NCBI RefSeq assembly: GCF_009914755.1
Contig: NC_060939.1
From: the human T2T-CHM13v2.0 reference genome, Homo sapiens
DNA: 64,000 nt
Strand: one strand, 5' to 3'
Part shown: piece by piece, positions 41,201 to 56,200 of the stretch
How the letters are laid out: the number at the start of each line of letters is the position of its first letter
How positions within the stretch are numbered: the first letter of the stretch is position 1
Translations under genes and position numbers: made by a program
Notes under the pieces: generated by a model
What the model saw: only the letters and a program-made list of their open reading frames with translations
The model's database searches: none
Told to the model about the DNA's origin: nothing

Positions 41201-44200
41201 ATTCGAATCAATTACATAGCAATCCATTACATTCGAGTCTATTCTATTCCGTTCCGTTCGATTTCGTTCCAATCCATTCGATTTCATTCCATTCGATTCC
41301 ATTCCATACTATTGCATTCCATTCGATTACATTATATTCGAATAAGTTCCATTCAAGACCATTTCTTTTGAGTCCATTCTATTTGAGTCCATTCCCTTTG
41401 ATTCCATAACATTTGAGTCCATTCAATTCCATTCCTTTCGTTTCCATTCCATTTGATGCCATTCCATTCAATTCTGTTCTACTCGACTCCAATACATTCA
41501 ATTCCATTCCATCCGATTCCATTACATTCTTTTCATTTCTTATCCATTTCAAGCCATTCCACTCCATTCCATTCCACTCGTTTCCTTTCCATTCGAGTCC
41601 ATTCCTCTCCAGTCCATTCCGTTCAATCCATTCCATTCCAGTCCATTCCATTCGAGTCCGTTCCATTCCAGTCCAATCCATTCGAGTCAATTCCATTCCA
41701 TTCGATGTCTTTCCATAACGATCCATTCCATTCTATTCCTTTCGATTCCATTCCATTCTATTTCATTCCATTCGATTCCCTTCCATTGGACTCCTTTCCA
41801 TTCGAGTGCATTCCATTCCGTTCCATTTCTTTCCGTTCTGTACGATTCCTACCGTTCGATTTCATTTTCTTCCAGTCCATTCCTTTCGCGTCCATTCCAT
41901 TCCATTTCACTCCATTCGATTCCATTCCACTCGATTCCACTTCGTTCCATTTCATTGCATTCCATTCTATTCAACTCTATTGCCTTCCATTCCATTCCAT
42001 TCGATTACATTCCATGCGATTCCATTCGAAATCGAATCAATTACATTGCAATCCATTACTATTGAGTCCGTTTTATTCCAGTCCACTGCATTCTGGTCCA
42101 TTCCATTTGATTCCATTCCATTCTATTCCATTCCATACAGTTGCATTCCATTGGATTCCATTCTATATCTATAAATTCAATTCGAGACCATTGCTTTTGA
42201 ATCCATTCTATATGATTCCATTCCATTCAAGTCCATTACATTTGGTTCAATTCCATTCCATTCCATTCCGTTCCATTCCATTCCAGTTGATATCAATCCA
42301 TTCGATTCCATTCCATTTGAGCACATTCCATTCGAGTCCATTCCATTCGATGCCATTCCATTTGATTCTATTCCATTAGTCTCCATTCAATTCCATTAAT
42401 CTCCATTCCATTCCATTCTACTCCAACTGATTCCATTCCATTCTATTCCTTTCCATTCCATTTCATTCCATTCCATTCCATTTCATTCCATTCCATTCCA
42501 TTCGCTTCCATTCCATTCGTGTCCATTCCACTCCAGTCCATTCCATTCGTGTCCATTCCATTCCAGTCCATTCCATTTGTGTCCACTGCATTCCATTCCA
42601 CTCCATTCCATATTATTCCATTACACTCCATTCCATTCTATTACTTTCATTTCCATTCAATTCCATTCCATTTGATTCCATTCCACTCGGTTTCATTCCA
42701 TTTGAGTCCACTCCATTCCATTCCATTCCATTCCATTCTGTTCCATTCCATGCTGTTCCATTCCATTCCGTTCCATTGCATTCCATTCCATTCGGTACCA
42801 TTCCATATTGTTCCATTCGATTCCATTCGAATCCATTCCATTCCAGTCCATTCCATTCGATTCCATTCCATTCCTTTCAATTCCATTCCATTCCATTCCA
42901 TTCCACTTGATTCCACTCCATTCCCTTCCACTACATTCCATTCGATTCCATTCCATTCCATTGCATTCCATTCCATTGGACTGCATTCCATTCGATTCCA
43001 TTCCATTCGAATCAATTACATAGCAATCCATTACATTCGAGTCTATTCTATTCCGTTCCATTCGATTTCATTCCAATCCATTCGATTCCATTCCATTCGA
43101 TTCCATTCCATACTATTGCATTCCATTCTATTACATTATATTCGAATAAGTTCCATTCAAGACCATTTCTTTTGAGTCCATTCTATTTGAGTCCATTCCC
43201 TTTGATTCCATAATATTTGAGTCCATTCAATTCCATTCCTTTCGTTTCCATTCCATTTGATGCCATTCCACTCAATTCTGTTCTACTCGACTCCAATACA
43301 TTCAATTCCATTCCATCCGATTCCATTACATTCTTTTCATTTCTTATCCATTTCAAGCCATTCCACTCCATTCCATTCCACTCGTTTCCTTTCCATTCGA
43401 GTCCATTCCTCTCCAGTCCATTCCGTTCAATCCATTCCATTCCAGTCCATTCCATTCGAGTCCGTTCCATTCCAGTCCATTCCATTCGATGTCTTTCCAT
43501 AACGATCCATTCCATTCTATTCCTTTCGATTCCATTCCATTCTATTTCATTCCATTCGATTCCCTTCCATTGGACTCCTTTCCATTCGAGTGCATTCCAT
43601 TCCGTTCCATTTCTTTCCGTTCTGTACGATTCTTATCGTTCGATTTCATTTTGTTCCAGTCCATTCCTTTCGCGTCCATTCCATTCCATTTCACTCCATT
43701 CGATTCCATTCCACTCGATTCCACTTCGTTCCATTTGATTGCATTCCATTCTATTCAACTCTATTGCCTTCCATTCCATTCCATTCGATTACATTCCATG
43801 CGATTGCATTCGAAATCGAATCAATTACATTGCAATCCATTACTATTGAGTCCGTTTTATTCCTGTCCACTGCATTCTGGTCCATTCCATTTGATTCCAT
43901 TCCATTCTATTCCATTCCATACAGTTGCATTCCTTTGGATTCCATGCTATATCTATAAATTCAATTCGAGACCATTGCTTTTGAGTCCATTCTATATGAT
44001 TCCATTCCATTCAAGTCCATTACATTTGGTTCAATTCCATTCCATTCCAGCTGATATCAATCCATTCGATTCCATTCCGTTCGAGCACATTCCATTCGAG
44101 TCCATTCCATTCGATGCCATTCCATTTGATTCTATGCCATTAGTCTCCATTCAATTCCATTAATCTCCATTCCATTCCATTCTACTCCAACTGATTCCAT

Positions 44201-47200
44201 TCCATTCTATTCCTTTCCATTCCATTTCATTCCATTCCATTCCATTTCATTCCATTCCATTCGTGTCCATTCCACTCCAGTCCATTCCATTCGTGTCCAT
44301 TCCATTCCAGTCCATTCCATTTGTGTCCACTGCATTCCATTCCACTCCATTCCATATTATTCCATTACACTCCATTCCATTCTATTACTTTCATTTCCAT
44401 TCAATTCCATTCCATTTGATTCCATTCCACTCGGTTTCATTCCATTTGAGTCCACTCCATTCCATTCCATTCCATTCCGTTCAGTTCCATTTCATTCTGT
44501 TCCATTCCATTCCGTTCCATTACATTCCATTCCATTCGGTACCATTCCATATTGTTCCATTCGATTCCATTCGAATCCATTCCATTCCAGTCCATTCCAT
44601 TCGATTCCATTCCATTCATTTCAATTCCATTCCATTCCATTCCATTACATTCCACTTGATTCCTCTCCATTCCCTTCCACTGCATTCCGTTCGATTCCAT
44701 TCCATTGCATTGCATTCCATTCCATTGGATTGCATTCCATTCGATTCCATTCCATTCGAATCAATTACATAGCAATCCATTACATTCGAGTCTATTCTAT
44801 TCCGTTCCATTCGATTTCGTTCCAATCCATTCGATTCCATTCCATTCGATTCCATTCCATACTATTGCATTCCATTCGATTACATTATATTCGAATAAGT
44901 TCCATTCAAGACCATTTCTTTTGAGTCCATTCTATTTGAGTCCATTCCCTTTGATTCCATAACATTTGAGTCCATTCAATTCCATTCCTTTCGTTTCCAT
45001 TCCATTTGATGCCATTCCATTCAATTCTGTTCTACTCGACTCCAATACATTCAATTCCATTCCATCCGATTCCATTACATTCTTTTCATTTCTTATCCAT
45101 TTCAAGCCATTCCACTCCATTCCATTCCACTCGTTTCCTTTCCATTCGAGTCCATTCCTCTCCAGTCCATTCCGTTCAATCCATTCCATTCCAGTCCATT
45201 CCATTCGAGTCCGTTCCATTCCAGTCCTCTCTATTCGAGTCAATTCCATCCCATTCGATGTCTTTCCATAACGATCCATTCCATTCTATTCCTTTCGATT
45301 CCATTCCATTCTATTTCATTCAATTCGATTCCCTTCCATTGGAATCCTTTCCATTCGAGTGCATTCCATTCCGTTCCATTTCTTACAGTTCTGTACGATT
45401 CCTACCGTTCGATTTCAATTTGTTCCAGTCCATTCCTTTCGCGTCCATTCCATTCCATTTCACTCCATTCGATTCCATTCCACTCGATTCCACTTCGTTC
45501 CATTTCATTGCATTCCATTCTATTCAACTCTATTGCCTTCCATTCCATTCCATTCGATTACATTCCATGCGATTCCGTTCGAAATCGAATCAATTACATT
45601 GCAATCCATTACTATTGAGTCCGTTTTATTCCAGTCCACTGCATTCTGGTCCATTCCATTTGATTCCATTCCATTCTATTCCATTCCATAGAGTTGCATT
45701 CCATTGGATTCCATTCTATATCTATAAATTCAATTCGAGACCATTGCTTTTGAATCCATTCTATATGATTCCATTCCATTCAAGTCCATTACATTTGGTT
45801 CAATTCCATTCCATTCCATTCCCTTCCATTCCATTCCAGTTGATATCAATCCATTCGATTCCATTCCATTCGAGCACATTCCATTTGAGTCCATTCCATT
45901 CGATGCCATTCCATTTGATTCTATTCCATTAGTCTCCATTCAATTCCATTAATCTCCATTCCATTCCATTCTACTCCAACTGATTCCATTCCATTCTATT
46001 CCTTTCCATTCCATTTCATTCCATTCCATTCCATTTCATTCCATTTCATTCCATTCCATTCCATTTCATTCCATTCCATTCCATTCGCTTCCATTCCATT
46101 CGTGTCCATTCCACTCCAGTCCATTCCATTCGTGTCCATTCCATTCCAGTCCATTCCATTTGTGTCCACTGCATTCCATTCCACTCCATTCCATATTATT
46201 CCATTACACTCCATTCCATTCTATTACTTTCATTTCCATTCAATTCCATTCCATTTGATTCCATTCCACTCGGTTTCATTCCATTTGAGTCCACTCCATT
46301 CCATTCCATTCCATTCCATTCAGTTCCATTCCATTCTGTTCCATTCCATTCCGTTCCATTGCATTCCATTCCATTCGGTACCATTCCATATTGTTCCATT
46401 CGATTCCATTCGAATCCATTCCATTCCAGTCGATTCCATTCGATTCCATTCCATTCCATTCAATTCCATTCCATTCCATTCCATTCCACTTGATTCCACT
46501 CCATTCCCTTCCACTGCATTCCATTCGATTCCATTCCATTGCATTGCATTCCATTCCATTGGACTGCATTCCATTCGATTCCATTCCATTCGAATCAATT
46601 ACATAGCAATCCATTACATTCGAGTCTATTCTATTCCATTCCATTCGATTTCGTTCCAATCCATTCGATTCCATTCCATTCGATTCCATTCCATACTATT
46701 GCATTCCATTCTATTACATTATATTCGAATAAGTTCCATTCAAGACCATTTCTTTTGAGTCCATTCTATTTGAGTCCATTCCCTTTGATTCCATAATATT
46801 TGAGTCCATTCAATTCCATTCCTTTCGTTTCCATTCCATTTGATGCCATTCCATTCAATTCTGTTCTACTCGACTCCAATACATTCAATTCATTCCATTC
46901 GATTCCATTACATTCTTTTCATTTCTTATCCATTTCAAGCCATTCCACTCCATTCCATTCCACTCGTTTCCTTTCCATTCGAGTCCATTCCTCTCCAGTC
47001 CATTCCGTTCAATCCATTCCATTCCAGTCCATTCCATTCGAGTCCGTTCCATTCCAGTCCATTCCATTCGAGTCAATTCCATTCCATTCGATGTCTTTCC
47101 ATAACGATCCATTCCATTCTATTCCTTTCGATTCCATTCCATTCTATTTCATTCCATTCGATTCCCTTCCATTGGACTCCTTTCCATTCGAGTGCATTCC

Positions 47201-50200
47201 ATTCCGTTCCGTTTCTTTCCGTTCTGTACGATTCCTACCGTTCGATTTCATTTTGTTCCAGTCCATTCCTTTCGCGTCCATTCCATTCCATTTCACTCCA
47301 TTCGATTCCATTCCACTCGATTCCACTTCGTTCCATTTCATTGCATTCCGTTCTATTCAACTCTATTGCCTTCCATTCCATTCCATTCGATTACATTCCA
47401 TGCGATTGCATTCGAAATCGAATCAATTACATTGCAATCCATTACTATTGAGTCTGTTTTATTCCAGTCCACTGCATTCTGGTCCATTCCATTTGATTCC
47501 ATTCCATTCTATTCCATTCCATACAGTTGCATTCCTTTGGATTCCATGCTATATCTATAAATTCAATTCGAGACCATTGCTTTTGAGTCCATTCTATATG
47601 ATTCCATTCCATTCAAGTCCATTACATTTGGTTCAATTCCATTCCATTCCAGTTGATATCAATCCATTCGATTCCATTCCATTCGAGCACATTCCATTCG
47701 AGTCCATTCCATTCGATGCCATTCCATTTGATTCTATGCCATTAGTCTCCATTCAATTCCATTAATCTCCATTCCATTCCATTCTACTCCAACTGATTCC
47801 ATTCCATTCTATTCCTTTCCATTCCATTTCATTCCATTCCATTCCATTTCATTCCATTCCATTCCATTCGTGTCCATTCCACTCCAGTCCATTCCATTCG
47901 TGTCCATTCCATTCCAGTCCATTCCATTTGTGTCCACTGCATTCCATTCCACTCCATTCCATATTATTCCATTACACTCCATTCCATTCTATTACTTTCA
48001 TTTCCATTCAATTCCATTCCATTTGATTCCATTCCACTCGGTTTCATTCCATTTGAGTCCACTCCATTCCATTCCATTCCATTCCATTCAGTTCCATTCC
48101 ATTCTGTTCCATTCCATTCCGTTCCATTACATTCCATTCCATTCGGTACCATTCCATATTGTTCCATTCGATTCCATTCGAATCCATTCCTTCCAGTCCA
48201 TTACATTCAATTCCATTCCATTCATTTCAATTCCATTCCATTCCATTCCATTACATTCCACTTGATTCCTCTCCATTCCCTTTCACTGCATTCCGTTCGA
48301 TTCCATTCCATTGCATTGCATTCCATTCCATTGGATTGCATTCCATTCGATTCCATTCCATTCGAATCAATTACATAGCAATCCATTACATTCGAGTCTA
48401 TTCTATTCCGTTCCATTCGATTTCGTTCCAATCCATTCGATTCCATTCCATTCGATTCCATTCCATACTATTGCATTCCATTCGATTACATTATATTCGA
48501 ATAAGTTCCATTCAAGACCATTTCTTTTGAGTCCATTCTATTTGAGTCCATTCCCTTTGATTCCATAACATTTGAGTCCATTCAATTCCATTCCTTTCGT
48601 TTCCATTCCATTTGATGCCATTCCATTCAATTCTGTTCTACTCGACTCCAATACATTCAATTCCATTCCATCCGATTCCATTACATTCTTTTCATTTCTT
48701 ATCCATTTCAAGCCATTCCACTCCATTCCATTCCACTCGTTTCCTTTCCATTCGAGTCCATTCCTCTCCAGTCCATTCCGTTCAATCCATTCCATTCCAG
48801 TCCATTCCATTCGAGTCCGTTCCATTCCAGTCCATTCCATTCGAGTCAATTCCATCCCATTCGATGTCTTTCCATAACGATCCATTCCATTCTATTCCTT
48901 TCGATTCCATTCCATTCTATTTCATTCCATTCGATTCCCTTCCATTGGACTCCTTTCCATTCGAGTGCATTCCATTCCGTTCCATTTCTTTCCGTTCTGT
49001 ACGATTCCTACCGTTCGATTTCATTTTGTTCCAGTCCATTCCTTTCGCGTCCATTCCATTCCATTTCACTCCATTCGATTCCATTCCACTCGATTCCACT
49101 TCGTTCCATTTCATTGCATTCCATTCTATTCAACTCTATTGCCTTCCATTCCATTCCATTCGATTACATTCCATGCGATTCCATTCGAAATCGAATCAAT
49201 TACATTGCAATCCATTACTATTGAGTCCATTTTATTCCAGTCCACTGCATTCTGGTCCATTCCATTTGATTCCATTCCATTCTATTCCATTCCATACAGT
49301 TGCATTCCATTGGATTCCATTCTATATCTATAAATTCAATTCGAGACCATTGCTTTTGAGTCCATTCTATATGATTCCATTCCATTCAAGTCCATTACAT
49401 TTGGTTCAATTCCATTCCATTCCAGTTGATATCAATCCATTCGATTCCATTCCATTCGAGCACATTCCATTCGAGTCCATTCCATTCGATGCCATTCCAT
49501 TTGATTCTATTCCATTAGTCTCCATTCAATTCCATTAATCTCCATTCCATTCCATTCTACTCCAACTGATTCCATTCCTTTCTATTCCTTTCCATTCCAT
49601 TTCATTCCATTCCATTCCATTTCATTCCATTCCATTCCATTCGTGTCCATTCCTCTCCAGTCCATTCCATTCGTGTCCATTCCATTCCAGTCCATTCCAT
49701 TTGTGTCCACTGCATTCCATTCCACTCCATTCCATATTATTCCATTACACTCCATTCCATTCTATTACTTTCATTTCCATTCAATTCCATTCCATTTGAT
49801 TCCATTCCACTCGGTTTCATTCCATTTGAGTCCACTCCATTCCATTCCATTCCATTCCATTCAGTTCCATTCCATTCTGTTCCATTCCATTCCGTTCCAT
49901 TAGATTCCATTCCATTCGGTACCATTCCATATTGTTCCATTCGATTCCATTCTAATCCATTCCATTCCAGTCCATTCCATTCGATTCCATTCCATTCATT
50001 TCAATTCCATTCCATTCCATTCCATTCCACTTGATTCCACTCCATTCCCTTCCACTGCATTCCATTCGATTCCATTCCATTGCATTGCATTCCATTCCAT
50101 TGGACTGCATTCCATTCGATTCCATTCCATTCGAATCAATTACATAGCAATCCATTACATTCGAGTCTATTCTATTCCGTTCCATGCGATTTCGTTCCAA

Positions 50201-53200
50201 TCCATTCGATTCCATTCCATTCGATTCCATTCCATACTATTGCATTCCATTTGATTACATTATATTTTAATAAGTTCCATTCAAGACCATTTCTTTTGAG
50301 TCCATTCTATTTGAGTCCATTCCCTTTGATTCCATAACATTTGAGTCCATTCAATTCCATTCCTTTCGTTTGCATTCCATTTGATGCCATTCCATTCAAT
50401 TCTGTTCTACTCGACTCCAATACATTCAATTCCATTCCATCCGATTCCATTACATTCTTTTCATTTCTTATCCATTTCAAGCCATTCCACTCCATTCCAT
50501 TCCACTCGTTTCCTTTCCATTCGAGTCCATTCCTCTCCAGTCCATTCCGTTCAATCCATTCCATTCCAGTCTATTCCATTCGAGTCCGTTCCATTCCAGT
50601 CCTCTCTATTCGAGTCAATTCCATCCCATTCGATGTCTTTCCATAACGATCCATTCCATTCTATTCCTTTCGATTCCATTCCATTCTATTTCATTCAATT
50701 TGATTCCCTTCCATTGGACTCCTTTCCATTCGAGTGCATTCCATTCCGTTCCATTTCTTACCGTTCTGTACGATTCCTACCGTTCGATTTCATTTTGTTC
50801 CAGTCCATTCCTTTCGCGTCCATTCCATTCCATTTCACTCCATTCGATTCCATTCCACTCGATTCCACTTCGTTCCATTTCATTGCATTCCATTCTATTC
50901 AACTCTATTGCCTTCCATTCCATTCCATTCGATTACATTCCATGCGATTCCGTTCGAAATCGAATCAATTACATTGCAATCCATTACTATTGAGTCCGTT
51001 TTATTCCAGTCCACTGCATTCTGGTCCATTCCATTTGATTCCATTCCATTCTATTCCATTCCATACAGTTGCATTCCATTGGATTCCATTCTATATCTAT
51101 AAATTCAATTCGAGACCATTGCTTTTGAGTCCATTCTATATGATTCCATTCCATTCAAGTCCATTACATTTGGTTCAATTCCATTCCATTCCATTCCCTT
51201 CCATTCCATTCCAGTTGATATCAATCCATTCGATTCCATTCCATTCGAGCACATTCCATTCGAGTCCATTCCATTCGATGCCATTCCATTTGATTCTATT
51301 CCATTATTCTCCATTCAATTCCATTAATCTCCTTTCCATTCCATTCTACTCCAAGTGATTCCATTCCATTCTATTCCTTTCCATTCCATTTCATTCCATT
51401 CCATTCCATTTCATTCCATTCCATTCCATTCGTGTCCATTCCACTCCAGTCCATTCCATTCGTGTCCATTCCATTCCAGTCCATTCCATTTGTGTCCGCT
51501 GCATTCCATTCCACTCCATTCCATATTATTCCATTACACTCCATTCCATTCTATTACTTTCATTTCCATTCAATTCCATTCCATTTGATTCCATTCCACT
51601 CGGTTTCATTCCATTTGAGTCCACTCCATTCCATTCCATTCCATTCCATTCAGTTCCATTCCATTCTGTTCCATTCCATTCCGTTCCATTGCATTCCATT
51701 CCATTCGGTACCATTCCATATTGTTCCATTCGATTCCATTCGAATCCATTCCATTCCAGTCCATTCCATTCGATTCCATTCCATTCCTTTCAATTCCATT
51801 CCATTCCATTCCATTCCACTTGATTCCACTCCATTCCCTTCCACTACATTCCATTCGATTCCATTCCATTGCATTGCATTCCATTCCATTGGACTGCATT
51901 CCATTCGATTCCATTCCATTCGAATCAATTACATAGCAATCCATTACATTCGAGTCTATTCTATTCCGTTCCATTCGATTTCATTCCAATCCATTCGATT
52001 CCATTCCATTCGATTCCATTCCATACTATTGCATTCCATTCGATTACATTATATTCGAATAAGTTCCATTCAAGACCATTTCTTTTGAGTCCATTCTATT
52101 TGAGTCCATTCCCTTTGATTCCATAACATTTGAGTCCATTCAATTCCATTCCTTTCGTTTCCATTCCATTTGATGCCATTCCATTCAATTCTGTTCTACT
52201 CGACTCCAATACATTCAATTCCATTCCATCCGATTCCATTACATTCTTTTCATTTCTTATCCATTTCAAGCCATTCCACTCCATTCCATTCCACTCGTTT
52301 CCTTTCCATTCGAGTCCATTCCTCTCCAGTCCATTCCGTTCAATCCATTCCATTCCAGTCCATTCCATTCGAGTCCATTCCATTCCAGTCCATTCCATTC
52401 GAGTCAATTCCATTCCATTCGATGTCTTTCCATAACGATCCATTCCATTCTATTCCTTTCGATTCCATTCCATTCTATTTCATTCCATTCGATTCCCTTC
52501 CTTTGGACTCCTTTCCATTCGAGTGCATTCCATTCCGTTCCATTTCTTTCCGTTCTGTACGATTCCTACCGTTCGATTTCATTTTGTTCCAGTCCATTCC
52601 TTTCGCGTCCATTCCATTCCATTTCACTCCATTCGATTCCATTCCACTCGATTCCACTTCGTTCCATTTCATTGCATTCCATTCTATTCAACTCTATTGC
52701 CTTCCATTCCATTCCATTCGATTACATTCCATGCGATTCCATTCGAAATCGAATCAATTACATTGCAATCCATTACTATTGAGTCCGTTTTATTCCAGTC
52801 CACTGCATTCTGGTCCATTCCATTTGATTCCATTCCATTCTATTCCATTCCATACAGTTGCATTCCATTGGATTCCATGCTATATCTATAAATTCAATTC
52901 GAGACCATTGCTTTTGAGTCCATTCTATATGATTCCATTCCATTCAAGTCCATTACATTTGGTTCAATTCCATTCCATTCCATTCCCTTCCATTCCATTC
53001 CAGTTGATATCAATCCATTCGATTCCATTCCATTCGAGCACATTCCATTCGAGTCCATTCCATTCGATGCCATTCCATTTGATTCTATTCCATCAGTCTC
53101 CATTCAATTCCATTAATCTCCATTCCATTCCATTCTACTCCAACTGATTCCATTCCATTCTATTCCTTTCCATTCCATTTCATTCCATTCCATTCCATTT

Positions 53201-56200
53201 CATTCCATTCCAATCCATTCGTGTCCATTCCACTCCAGTCCATTCCATTCGTGTCCATTCCATTCCAGTCCATTCCATTTGTGTCCGCTGCATTCCATTC
53301 CACTCCATTCCATATTATTCCATTACACTCCATTCCATTCTATTACTTTCATTTCCATTCAATTCCATTTCATTTGATTCCATTCCACTCGGTTTCATTC
53401 CATTTGAGTCCACTCCATTCCATTCCATTCCATTCCATTCAGTTCCATTCCATTCTGTTCCATTCCATTCCGTTCCATTGCATTCCATTCCATTCGGTAC
53501 CATTCCAAATTGTTCCATTCGATTCCATTCGAATCCATTCCATTCCAGTCCATTCCATTCGATTCCATTCCATTCCTTTCAATTCCATTCCATTCCATTC
53601 CATTCCACTTGTTTCCACTCCATTCCCTTCCACTACATTCCATTCGATTCCATTCCATTGCATTGCATTCCATTCCATTGGACTGCATTCCATTCGATTC
53701 CATTCCATTCGAATCAATTACATAGCAATCCATTACATTCGAGTCTATTCTATTCCGTTCCATTCGATTTCATTCCAATCCATTCGATTCCATTCCATTC
53801 GATTCCATTCCATACTATTGCATTCCATTCTATTACATTATATTCGAATAAGTTCCATTCAAGACCATTTCTTTTGAGTCCATTCTATTTGAGTCCATTC
53901 CCTTTGATTCCATAACATTTGAGTCCATTCAATTCCAATCCTTTCGTTTCCATTCCATTTGATGCCATTCCACTCAATTCTGTTCTACTCGACTCCAATA
54001 CATTCAATTCCATTCCATCCGATTCCATTACATTCTTTTCATTTCTTATCCATTTCAAGCCATTCCACTCCATTCCATTCCACTCGTTTCCTTTCCATTC
54101 GAGTCCATTCCTCTCCAGTCCATTCCGTTCAATCCATTCCATTCCAGTCCATTCCATTCGAGTCCGTTCCATTCCAGTCCATTCCATTCGATGTCTTTCC
54201 ATAACGATCCATTCCATTCTATTCCTTTCGATTCCATTCCATTCTATTTCATTCCATTCGATTCCCTTCCATTGGACTCCTTTCCATTCGAGTGCATTCC
54301 ATTCCGTTCCCTTTCTTTCCGTTCTGTACGATTCTTACCGTTCGATTTCATTTTGTTCCAGTCCATTCCTTTCGCGTCCATTCCATTCCATTTCACTCCA
54401 TTCGATTCCATTCCACTCGATTCCACTTCGTTCCATTTCATTGCATTCCATTCTATTCAACTCTATTGCCTTCCATTCCATTCCATTCGATTACATTCCA
54501 TGCGATTCCATTCGAAATCGAATCAATTACATTGCAATCCATTACTATTGAGTCCGTTTTATTCCAGTCCACTGCATTCTGGTCCATTCCATTTGATTCC
54601 ATTCCATTCTATTCCATTCCTTACAGTTGCATTCCTTTGGATTCCATGCTATATCTATAATTTCAATTCGAGACCATTGCTTTTGAGTCCATTCTATATG
54701 ATTCCATTCCATTCAAGTCCATTACATTTGGTTCAATTCCATTCCATTCCAGTTGATATCAATCCATTCGATTCCATTCCATTCGAGCACATTCCATTCG
54801 AGTCCATTCCATTCGATGCCATTCCATTTGATTCTATTCCATTAGTCTCCATTCAATTCCATTAATCTCCATTCCATTCCATTCTACTCCAACTGATTCC
54901 ATTCCATTCTATTCCTTTCCATTCCATTTCATTCCATTCCATTCCATTTCATTCCATTCCATTCCATTCGTGTCCATTCCACTCCAGTCCATTCCATTCG
55001 TGTCCATTCCATTCCAGTCCATTCCATTTGTGTCCACTGCATTCCATTCCACTCCATTCCATATTATTCCATTACACTCCATTCCATTCTATTACTTTCA
55101 TTTCCATTCAATTCCATTCCATTTGATTCCATTCCACTCGGTTTCATTCCATTTGAGTCCACTCCATTCCATTCCATTCCATTCCATTCAGTTCCATTCC
55201 ATTCTGTTCCATTCCATTCCGTTCCATTACATTCCATTCCATTCGGTACCATTCCATATTGTTCCATTCGATTCCATTCGAATCCATTCCATTCCAGTCC
55301 ATTCCATTCGATTCCATTCCATTCATTTCAATTCCATTCCATTCCATTCCATTACATTCCACTTGATTCCTCTCCATTCCCTTCCACTGCATTCCGTTCG
55401 ATTCCATTCCATTGCATTGCATTCCATTCCATTGGATTGCATTCCATTCGATTCCATTCCATTGGAATCAATTACATAGCAATCCATTACATTCGAGTCT
55501 ATTCTATTCCGTTCCATTCGATTTCGTTCCAATCCATTCGATTCCATTCCATTCGATTCCATTCCATACTATTGCATTCCATTCGATTACATTATATTCG
55601 AATAAGTTCCATTCAAGACCATTTCTTTTGAGTCCATTCTATTTGAGTCCATTCCCTTTGATTCCATAACATTTGAGTCCATTCAATTCCATTCCTTTCG
55701 TTTCCATTCCATTTGATGCCATTCCATTCAATTCTGTTCTACTCGACTCCAATACATTCAATTCCATTCCATCCGATTCCATTACATTCTTTTCATTTCT
55801 TATCCATTTCAAGCCATTCCACTCCATTCCATTCCACTCGTTTCCTTTCCATTCGAGTCCATTCCTCTCCAGTCCATTCCGTTCAATCCATTCCATTCCA
55901 GTCCATTCCATTCGAGTCCGTTCCATTCCAGTCCAATCCATTCGAGTCAATTCCATCCCATTCGATGTCTTTCCATAACGATCCATTCCATTCTATTCCT
56001 TTCGATTCCATTCCATTCTATTTCATTCCATTCGATTCCCTTCCATTGGACTCCTTTCCATTCGAGTGCATTCCATTCCGTTCCATTTCTTTCCGTGCTG
56101 TACGATTCCTACCATTCAATTTCATTTTGTTCCAGTCCATTCCTTTCGCGTCCATTCCATTCCATTTCACTCCATTCGATTCCATTCCACTCGATTCCAC

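Noticed and set aside
50381-53147. Two adjacent extended 325-aa ORFs from loss of the same TAG
   Set aside because: Two different point changes (TAT at ~51305, CAG at ~53094) in a spurious ORF. No evidence of selection.
3631-55470. Isolated shared SNP CATTGGAATC in U2 and U31
   Set aside because: A single substitution at a CpG without linked alleles; recurrence is a sufficient explanation.
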